Part shown: piece after piece, positions 1-8,200 of the stretch | Layout: each line of letters starts with the position of its first letter | How positions within the stretch are numbered: position 1 is the stretch's first letter | DNA from: a virus | Virus record (IMG/VR): IMGVR_UViG_3300025276_000027 | Coordinates: 1-64,000 of that record | Length of the DNA stretch: 64,000 nucleotides | Strand: one strand, 5' to 3' | Translations under genes and position numbers: made by a program | Notes under the pieces: model-generated | The model's database searches: none | What the model was told of the DNA's origin: nothing | The model's input: the letters and a program-made list of their open reading frames with translations, nothing else

Positions 1-1
1 A

Positions 2-181
2 GTAAATCCTTTACAATTTAAAAACAAATTTAGTATAGAGTTTCTGCCTACTGAAACTCTTTTTGGCATCAAACTCATCAACTGTGAGGTGTTATGTACA
101 GATAAAAAATACCGTCCTGTGATGGGCATAGAAGTAGGTTTAATTTTTTTAACAGTAAGTTATGTAAATTTAGTAGATTAG
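2..181 (+). CDS. Hypothetical protein, 3' part (truncated by window edge)
   Basis: Open frame 2 from the window start, VNPLQFKNKF...SYVNLVD, ending in TAG at 179-181; same strand as nrdB/nrdA. Confidence 0.6.
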   Translation, partial: VNPLQFKNKFSIEFLPTETLFGIKLINCEVLCTDKKYRPVMGIEVGLIFLTVSYVNLVD

Positions 182-225
182 ATTTTTAAGTCTCATAAAT
201 ATTTCATACTTTATAATTACTTAAT

Positions 226-257
226 AGCTGCATTTTCTACCAGGAGATGTGGCTTTT
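226..257 (+). terminator. Hairpin plus short U-tract upstream of nrdB (terminator or leader structure)
   Basis: AGCTGCATTTTCT-ACC-AGGAGATGTGGCT forms 13 pairs, 4 of them G-U (so it folds on the + strand only), followed by TTT. Confidence 0.5.
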
Positions 258-301
258 ATATCCTATAGGGAATATATAATCATCACATAAATTAATTTCA
301 T

Positions 302-1282
302 ATGAATAAAAACATTTTTAAAAGCAGAACAAACATATTACCTTATGAATATCCACAATTATTAGCCTATAAAGATGCCATTAGACATTCGTATTGGATT
401 GATACAGAATTTAATTTTACAGAGGACGTACAGGATTTTAAAGTAACTATTACGCCAGCTGAGCGGGATGTTATTAAAAAAACTATGCTTGCTATTGCAC
501 AAATAGAAGTGAATGTAAAAACATTCTGGGCTGATATGTATAAACGTATGCCCATTACTGAAATTGGTGATGTAGGAATGACATTTGCTGAATCAGAAGT
601 AAGACATAAAGATGCTTATGCAAGATTGCTTAGGATACTTGGGCTTGAAAAAGAATTTCAAAGTGTTATAGAAGTACCCGCTATTGCAGGTAGACTTAAG
701 TACCTAAAGAAGTACCTAGATGGTACAAGATCTAGGGATGATAAAATGTATACTAAATCTGTTCTATTATTCTCTTTATTTATAGAACATGTAAGTCTAT
801 TTAGTCAGTTCTTAATTATGATGAGCTTCAATAAAGAAAAGAATGTATTAAAAGGTATTTCTAATGTTGTAGAAGCTACTAGTAAAGAAGAAGAGATTCA
901 TGGTAACTTTGGTGCTGAAATCATTAACATTATTAAGAAAGAAAATCCTGAGTGGTTTGATAAAGAATTTGAAGATCTGATTTACTCTGCATGTATGAAA
1001 GCTTATAGTGCTGAGTGTGATATACTAGATTGGATCTTTGAAAAAGGTGAGCTTAGTTTTTTACCTAAAGAAACTATACAACATTTTATAAGAAACAGAT
1101 TTAATAACTCTCTAGAAAAGATAGGTATGAAACCAATCTTTGATGTTGATGAGGACTTGTTAGAGGCAGTAGAATGGTTTGATATAGAAATAACAGGAAC
1201 CAAAGAAGGAGATTTCTTTTACAAAAAAAGTGTAGATTACAATAAAAAGAGTAAAAGTATAACAATTGATGACATATTTTAA
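302..1282 (+). CDS. nrdB: Ribonucleotide reductase beta subunit, class I (class Id/NrdBi-type signatures)
   Basis: Ferritin-like R2 motifs: AQIE69VNVK73, E99VRH102KDAY106, IEHVSLFSQF, KEEEIH, and C-terminal DFFYKKSVDY...ITIDDIF. Confidence 0.97.
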   Translation: MNKNIFKSRTNILPYEYPQLLAYKDAIRHSYWIDTEFNFTEDVQDFKVTITPAERDVIKKTMLAIAQIEVNVKTFWADMYKRMPITEIGDVGMTFAESEVRHKDAYARLLRILGLEKEFQSVIEVPAIAGRLKYLKKYLDGTRSRDDKMYTKSVLLFSLFIEHVSLFSQFLIMMSFNKEKNVLKGISNVVEATSKEEEIHGNFGAEIINIIKKENPEWFDKEFEDLIYSACMKAYSAECDILDWIFEKGELSFLPKETIQHFIRNRFNNSLEKIGMKPIFDVDEDLLEAVEWFDIEITGTKEGDFFYKKSVDYNKKSKSITIDDIF

Positions 1283-1283
1283 A

Positions 1284-1424
1284 ATGAGTACAGAACAATC
1301 AAACGGAAACACCCAGTTAAATACAGAAAGAAATAAACTTAATAGTAGAGTCTCTAGATATAGAATGCTAGGGCAATCTAAAAAAGTAGTATGGGATGGT
1401 GCAAGAAGAAACAGAACAATTTAA
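1284..1424 (+). CDS. 46-aa basic hypothetical protein between nrdB and nrdA (below ORF-track cutoff)
   Basis: ATG 1 nt after the nrdB stop; MSTEQSNGNTQLNTERNKLNSRVSRYRMLGQSKKVVWDGARRNRTI*; fills the gap, ending 10 nt before nrdA. Confidence 0.65.
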   Translation: MSTEQSNGNTQLNTERNKLNSRVSRYRMLGQSKKVVWDGARRNRTI

Positions 1425-1434
1425 ATAAACCAAT

Positions 1435-3060
1435 ATGGAGTATAAAAAGTATTACTGGCTCAATGATGATAGCAGACAATTTTTATCAAGAGGGTATATA
1501 ACAGAATTACCGGAACAAAGAATAAAAGATATAGCAAACACTGCTGAAAAATATTTACATATGCCAGGCTTTGCGCAGAAGTTTGAAATGTATATGTCCA
1601 AAGGATTTTATAGTTTATCTACACCCGTATGGATTAACTTTGGTAAACAAAAGGGTTTACCAATTAGTTGTTATGGATCTAATGTAGATGATAACCTAGA
1701 TAGTATACTAAATGCTGGACGTGAAATAGGTATGATGTCTAAGTATGGTGGAGGTACTAGTGTATACTTAGGTAATATAAGACCCAGAGGTACAGAGATT
1801 TCTACAGGAGGATTAGCTGATGGTCCTGTTCATTATGCTAGAATATATGATACTGTTGTAGATGTATGTAAACAATCAGAAGCAAGACGTGGAGCATGTG
1901 CAGGATACTTACCAATAGAACATGCAGACATAGAAGAGTTCTTAGATATAGGAACTGAGGGAAACCCAATACAAAACTTGCAGTATGGAGTTACAGTTAC
2001 AGATAATTGGTTGGAACAAATGCGTTCTGGGGACAAAGCTAAACGTAAAATATGGGCCAAAGTAATACAAAGGAGAAGTGAATTTGGATATCCTTACATT
2101 ATGTTCAAAGACAACTCTAATAACAATACACCATATAAAGAACTAGGAATGGATATTAATGCTTCTAACCTATGTTCTGAGATACAATTACCTACTGACA
2201 CATATAACTCGTTTGTGTGTTGTTTAGGGTCTATAAACTTGTTGCACTGGGATGAAATCATAAAAACAGATGCAATAGAAACATATGTATTCTTTTTGAA
2301 TGCGGTAATGGATGAGTTTATTAAAAAAGCTGAAGTTAAGGCCGGTCTTAAAAGAGCATATAACTTTGCTAGCAAACACAGAGCAATTGGTCTTGGTGTA
2401 TTAGGATATCATAGTCTATTACAGTCAAAACTAATAGAGTTTGAATCTCTTGCGGCTAAATCTTTAAACAATAATATATTTAAAACTTTAAAAGAACTTT
2501 CAAATGAAGCATCAAGATGGTTACACCAACACAGAGGATACAGATCCTTACGTGAAGGATATGCAAACACGACTCTTATGGCTATTGCTCCTACTAAATC
2601 TAGTTCATTTATCCACGGTGCTGTGTCTATGGGAATTGAACCAATAAAATCTAATTACTTTATTAAGGACCTTGCTAAGTCTAAGACTATATATAAGAAC
2701 CCCTTTCTTATTGATGAGTTAGATAAATATGGGTTGAACACAAAGAAAACTTGGACAAGTATATTAAAGAAAGACGGATCTGTCCAACACTTAGACTTTC
2801 CTACCAAAGCTGTATTTAAATCTTTTGTTGAGATTACACCTAAAGAGTTAGTTCTGCAGGCTGCACAAAGACAAAAGTATATTGATCAGTCACAGTCATT
2901 AAACTTAATGATACATCCATCAGTTCCGGCTAAGGATATAAATGCATTATATTTATATGCACATGATGAAGGAGTCAAGACTTTATATTATCAATTTAGT
3001 CAAAGTAGTGCTCAAGATTTTGCACGTAATATATTAGAGTGTTCTAGTTGTGAAGGTTAA
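1435..3060 (+). CDS. nrdA: Ribonucleotide reductase alpha subunit, no ATP-cone
   Basis: LPISCY, SKYGGG, SNLCSEI (catalytic N-x-C-x-E), RAIGLG, APTKSSS, GVKTLYY and C-terminal CSSCEG; 541 aa with no N-terminal ATP-cone. Confidence 0.97.
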   Translation: MEYKKYYWLNDDSRQFLSRGYITELPEQRIKDIANTAEKYLHMPGFAQKFEMYMSKGFYSLSTPVWINFGKQKGLPISCYGSNVDDNLDSILNAGREIGMMSKYGGGTSVYLGNIRPRGTEISTGGLADGPVHYARIYDTVVDVCKQSEARRGACAGYLPIEHADIEEFLDIGTEGNPIQNLQYGVTVTDNWLEQMRSGDKAKRKIWAKVIQRRSEFGYPYIMFKDNSNNNTPYKELGMDINASNLCSEIQLPTDTYNSFVCCLGSINLLHWDEIIKTDAIETYVFFLNAVMDEFIKKAEVKAGLKRAYNFASKHRAIGLGVLGYHSLLQSKLIEFESLAAKSLNNNIFKTLKELSNEASRWLHQHRGYRSLREGYANTTLMAIAPTKSSSFIHGAVSMGIEPIKSNYFIKDLAKSKTIYKNPFLIDELDKYGLNTKKTWTSILKKDGSVQHLDFPTKAVFKSFVEITPKELVLQAAQRQKYIDQSQSLNLMIHPSVPAKDINALYLYAHDEGVKTLYYQFSQSSAQDFARNILECSSCEG

Positions 3061-3109
3061 ATTTTTATTCTTGACAAATGAATAAAATGTACAGAATCAC
3101 ATGATGTAC

Positions 3110-3142
3110 AAAAGAAAAAGGGGCCATCTTCAATGGTCCCTT
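3110..3142 (-). terminator. Intrinsic terminator at the convergence of replication and virion blocks
   Basis: Stem AAGGGGCCAT/ATGGTCCCTT (3118-3142) with a 5-nt loop, preceded on + by an A-tract (U-tract on -); lies between convergent genes and may be bidirectional. Confidence 0.65.
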
Positions 3143-3186
3143 CATAGTATGTCATGGGTTTACCACAACTACATGTTTGTGAAGAA

Positions 3187-3576
3187 TTAATAACTGTTGG
3201 CTTTAGTTACTGCTTCCTGTAGTTCAGGAAGATCTATTGGGCATACTAGATTAAGACCTGCTCTATAGTCTTTGTACGCAAAACCTTCTGTAAAAATTAT
3301 TATAGTAGGAGCCATCCTAACTTTGTAACTTTTTTTTGCTACAGGTGCTTTTTTAATATCACATTTATAATATTTAACCCCTGTAAGTTTATCCCATTCT
3401 TTAAACTCATTATCTTTATTAAAATCTGCATAAAACTCTACTATTACAACAGCATATGATTCTCCATAGGCATTTGCACCACTAATCTTACTATCAAAAT
3501 CATCATCTGTTATCCATTCTTGTGCATGTATTGTATAACAAGAAATATATAATAGTAATAGTATTAAGTTTTTCAT
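3187..3576 (-). CDS. Secreted thioredoxin-fold protein lacking CxxC
   Basis: Signal peptide MKNLILLLLYISCYTIHA|QE; Trx pattern ITDDDFD...VVIVEFYADF(NKDN)...KYYKCDI...YKVRMAPTIIIF with the cis-Pro position retained; WCxxC replaced. Confidence 0.75.
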   Translation of the reverse strand: MKNLILLLLYISCYTIHAQEWITDDDFDSKISGANAYGESYAVVIVEFYADFNKDNEFKEWDKLTGVKYYKCDIKKAPVAKKSYKVRMAPTIIIFTEGFAYKDYRAGLNLVCPIDLPELQEAVTKANSY

Positions 3577-3578
3577 GA

Positions 3579-3869
3579 CTATTTTCTACTTAGTTCATAT
3601 AAACGCTCTTCTAATCTTGCTAAGGTTTGTTTAATTTCTTCAACATCCTCTTGGGTGGTCATTATAGTTTCTCTAATTAATTCATCTTTTAAATCATACT
3701 CTACCCGTTCAATGGGTGGTTCAGGTAATACCATTGCTTGTGCAATATCTGCTTTAAGTGTAAACCACATGGTTGAAAGAGATACCACGAAGCCTACTAT
3801 CATACCAATTGTTTTTAAATCTAAAACAACTTTAGTTTGTTCCCCAATCTGAGGTGTTTGTTGTGCCAT
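3579..3869 (-). CDS. Single-TM membrane protein with C-terminal coiled coil
   Basis: Hydrophobic IGMIVGFVVSLSTMWFTL; heptad-rich EDVEEIKQTLARLEERLYEL; tightly spaced to both neighbours. Confidence 0.7.
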   Translation of the reverse strand: MAQQTPQIGEQTKVVLDLKTIGMIVGFVVSLSTMWFTLKADIAQAMVLPEPPIERVEYDLKDELIRETIMTTQEDVEEIKQTLARLEERLYELSRK

Positions 3870-3875
3870 TATTTA

Positions 3876-5135
3876 CTATTTAAATGAAAAGTTTAATCCT
3901 ACTGAAGTATTATATAATTCACTATCCCACATTTTTGCATACTCCCCTTCAAAAAATATACCTAAATTTTTATTTATTTTCCAACCAAAATTAGCTCCAA
4001 AAGAATAGTCTGCCCATTGTTCTGGATCATTATCTAATATTAATCCACCGTTACCCCAGTTGTTTCTATTCAAATAAGAAACTACCTCATCACCTTTTAG
4101 ATATCTATGGTATGGTAATATATAATTAGCATATGCATGCAGCCAAAAGTTTCTTTTATAATGATAAAAGTCTATTCCTACTATTGGTGCTACCTCACCA
4201 AATGCAGGTATCTCTGCCAATGCTTCTCTATTGAAGCGGTTCATCAATTCTGTAAACACACCTTCTCTAAAATCAATATCAGAATAAGCTACTATATTTC
4301 CATCAGCATCTTTCCAAATCCAATCTTGTCTTTCTTCTCCTGTTACTGCATCTGTATAAGTTGTGAAGTGATCTGTGTATCCATATTCAAATCCTAAAGT
4401 ATACCATGGGTGTGATGGAAATTCAACTGGGTTACCATCTTGATCTAAAAAAGGATTACCATTTTCATCATAAAATTGTTCAGTTTCATTAAGCCATATC
4501 TCAATTGGGTTGTAACCATAAGCACGGTCATGAGTTCTATAGATTGCTCCTGCAGAAATACTAAACTTCTCTCCTATAGGTAATCTTAATCTTGCTTCAG
4601 CAGACTGGTAAGCTAAGTTTATCTTTCCTACTTCTCTTGACTCAACTTTAACTATGTGATATTTACCTGTATGTTTTATAAAGAACCTGTGATTTTTAAA
4701 GTTTTCACCTCTCCAGCGTTCTTTCTCCCAATGTAGCTGATACTCTAAACCTTTCAATGCAGAAGTAGGAGCACTAAATGCTAGCTGTTCTTCTGTACCA
4801 TCATAAAAGTTTCTAGGCTTTCTTTCATAACTAAACCTTGCTAGTTTTCTAATACCAAAACCAATTCTATAATCATGTGGATAGTCAGGTGTATTATCTA
4901 CAACAACAGGTATATCATAGAGTCCATCTCCATCCCCTGTTCTAACAAAGTAGGTTGACTCTTCAGCTTCTATTGAGTTGTTTATGTCACCTGCACCGTA
5001 GATAGTACCATACTGTAAAAAGTCTTGATATAATACTTTAAAAAATTTACCTTTTTCTTTTGCTTCTTGTGAGTAAGAAGCATTAGGTAAATTAAGAAGT
5101 ACAACAAAAACCAACAGACTTAAATAATTTTTCAT
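3876..5135 (-). CDS. Putative outer-membrane beta-barrel protein
   Basis: Sec signal ...NASYS|QE; many amphipathic strands with an aromatic girdle (YSFGANFGWKIN, LGIFFEGEY); C-terminal beta-signal-like TSVGLNFSFK. Confidence 0.7.
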   Translation of the reverse strand: MKNYLSLLVFVVLLNLPNASYSQEAKEKGKFFKVLYQDFLQYGTIYGAGDINNSIEAEESTYFVRTGDGDGLYDIPVVVDNTPDYPHDYRIGFGIRKLARFSYERKPRNFYDGTEEQLAFSAPTSALKGLEYQLHWEKERWRGENFKNHRFFIKHTGKYHIVKVESREVGKINLAYQSAEARLRLPIGEKFSISAGAIYRTHDRAYGYNPIEIWLNETEQFYDENGNPFLDQDGNPVEFPSHPWYTLGFEYGYTDHFTTYTDAVTGEERQDWIWKDADGNIVAYSDIDFREGVFTELMNRFNREALAEIPAFGEVAPIVGIDFYHYKRNFWLHAYANYILPYHRYLKGDEVVSYLNRNNWGNGGLILDNDPEQWADYSFGANFGWKINKNLGIFFEGEYAKMWDSELYNTSVGLNFSFK

Positions 5136-5230
5136 ATTTAAATATTAAAGTTATTTTAAATTCCTTTGGTTTATACTATAATATATATAATATCTCTTAA
5201 GTATTAAAATATTTTGTCTGCAAATTTGTC

Positions 5231-8200
5231 TTATTTTATAAAGTAATTGTTCATTCTTAAATACGCATCATACTTTTGTATAGAATAAAGAACAGGGATT
5301 ACATCTTTCCAGTTTTTATAGACTTTAAGTTGCCCTTTTCTAGGTTTTTGTTGATATACAAAACTAGAGTTAGATTTAAATTCTTCATCACTATAATATA
5401 AATAACCAAGTGGTGTTGTTAAACTCATTGAAAGAGCTTCACCTAATTCACCCATTGTTCTTGTTGCTGCTATTGGAGATTTAAACATTTGATATTGTTG
5501 TGTCAAACCATCAGGCAGTAGTGTAAACATAACAAGTTCTTTATATGTTCTATCTGCTTGATACTTTAAGATATTTTTAAATCTTTTAGTTGTATCACTA
5601 TCATCATCGTCACCAGCAAGTAAACCTTGTAATACTTGAGATAGAACAAATGTAGATAACATAATACCTATCTCACCCATAGTTCTATAGAACCCATATA
5701 ATTTATTAGTGGCTCTTTGATCTAGGTTTCCACCTTCACCTGTATAACCATAAGCATCTAAAAAGCCTTTATTATATGTAGAAAATTCTTTATTTCCTTT
5801 TACTATTTCACTTTTAACATAAGCTAAAAATTTAAATGCAGATATATATCTTCCTTCCATCCAACCTAAGTTCTGATCAAAATATTCTCTTTGATACCTT
5901 GCTCTAATTGCTGGAGCAACCCACTTGTGAAACTGAAAAGCTAACTTACCTATAGTAGTACTTTGCATAACTACTCTATCTTCTTTAGCATAGTTACCGT
6001 GTATTTGTTTATTTACTTCTCTTATTTCATTTCTTAAACTATATCTAAACTCATCAGTATATGCTATCTCTGTACCATTCTTTTTAACTACAGTATCAAA
6101 ACCTTCTTTTAATTCATTTTTATGTGTTGTAGAATTATATTGAAAAGCATCATATAAAGATAATGTTTCACCAGTTACTTTATTTTTAATTTGTGTATCC
6201 ATCAAAATTGCCATGCCCACTTTAGTTTGAACATTATATTCTGCAGCATCTTGAAGTATATAACCCCATTCAGTTGCCTTAGCAAACCAACTTTTACCAC
6301 TACTTGTGTCAGATGTTTGTTCACGTAAATCAGACATCTTATCCATCATTCTAAATAGATCTACAAATGCCTCATACTTACTATTAGGTTTTTTTGCATC
6401 ATATGTTGAAGCTGCAGCACCTTTTACTAAACCAAAAGTTAAGACGTCTCCTAAATCACCTACAACATATGAAGATCTTTGAACTAAATCTGGGACTGCC
6501 CTCTTATTAAATTCCCAAGTTGCTCTTCTATATGCTTTTTTACTAAAGAATCTTGAGCCAAGCATTTCTATATTATTGTTAATTCTACCAATAACGTAGT
6601 TATTAAAGTTACCAAAAGGGTTAAATGCCACATAAGATAATGAAGACAATTGAATCAGACCATCTGATATCTTATCTACTGCTCCTTTACTCATAGTATC
6701 TTCTTCATAGAATGTCATAGACATCCACTTATTTGCTTTTCTTAATATATTAGAATCTTTACCTTTTATTATACCTCTTTTCTGGAAAGCACCATCTATT
6801 CTTGTACCTGTGGTTATAGTTGGGTCAGCCGGTTGATACTCACGTTTCTCAATTACTTTTACAAAAGCATTAAGAGTATCTTCAATAGTACCCATGACTT
6901 CATAATTTTCTGCCATAGCACTAAACTTCATCAATGAGTCACCTAAGTCTCTACTTATCTCACCAGTAGTTGGTTGACTTACTAATTTTGCTCTGTCTCC
7001 TCTTAATTCAGCAAGTTGTGTATTATATACTGAAATATTAATTAAACCTTTTTTCTTTTGATCTTTTAAAGTTGAAATTCTTTTATCTAACTCTTCTATT
7101 GCACCTTCCCTTCTTGCACTACCCACATAATAAATTGGCAATTGACTAACTAGATTTCCATTTTCATCTAATGCAACACCTCTTTGTTGTGATGTACTTT
7201 GAAACATTTTCCATGCTTCAGCACCTACAGTTTTTGCATATGCCCTTGAAAACCAACTAGGTTTCTCTTTTAGGTTATTAATAAAATTACCTTTTACTAA
7301 AGGTGTTTTTCCTAACATCTGTGTAAGATAATCAAGCGGTAACTTTTTTAATAAATCATTTTCAAATACATCTACATACATCTCATAGAATTCCTTTTGA
7401 GCCTGACCTAATGCGTCTGTAGGATTCATTATTGCTCTATACTTTGCACTAGTCATGTCTCTACCATCTGCTGTGACTTCACGTGTTTCTATAAATTGTT
7501 CTTTAACAGCTTTAAAGTCTTGACCACGAACAACTGCACCAGTTGGATTACCTTGTCCATCACGTTGAGCTTTTGTATAACTAATTGATTCATAATATTT
7601 AGCTACATATATAGAATATTCTTTATCTGATACTGCTCTAGAGTCTTTACGTCTCCATGTTCCAAAAGGATTTTTATCAGTGCCAGGAACCCAATATTCA
7701 TACCTTCTTCTTTCTTCTATAAAATCAGATGTATATCTATGATACATTCCATCAACTAATTCACCACTCTCATCTTTAATTTCTGCTCTAAAAAAGTCAC
7801 TAAAGGCACGTTTTTTATTTGCTACGTCTATATTATAATCTATGTCTGCTTGAGATGCAGAATCTAAATCAGTTACATCTCTATATAAATAAGGTTTGCC
7901 ATCATTATCATAAAGGACGTTTCTTATTTCTTCTTGTATTTTTCTATATTGTTTACCAATAACTTTTACATATTCACCATCACCTTCATGCATAAAATCA
8001 TAAATCTTTTGTCTATCATTTGTAGGAGAAAGTCTTAAAACTTTATTGGCTAATTTTGTAATTATTTCATTTCTCTGCCCAATATTATCTAATAACCTTT
8101 GTTTTTTATTTTTAAACAACTTATCCATTACAGCAAGCAAAACCTTTGGGGATGTTGCCATATCTTTAGTTTGTAAATCCATAGTGTCAATATCTTGAAC

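Noticed and set aside
302-3060. Intron or intein in nrdA/nrdB
   Set aside because: Both ORFs are continuous and of minimal length, with no splicing or homing-endonuclease motifs.
3187-3576. Thioredoxin serving as reductant for the adjacent RNR
   Set aside because: It lacks CxxC, has a signal peptide and is on the opposite strand in the late block.
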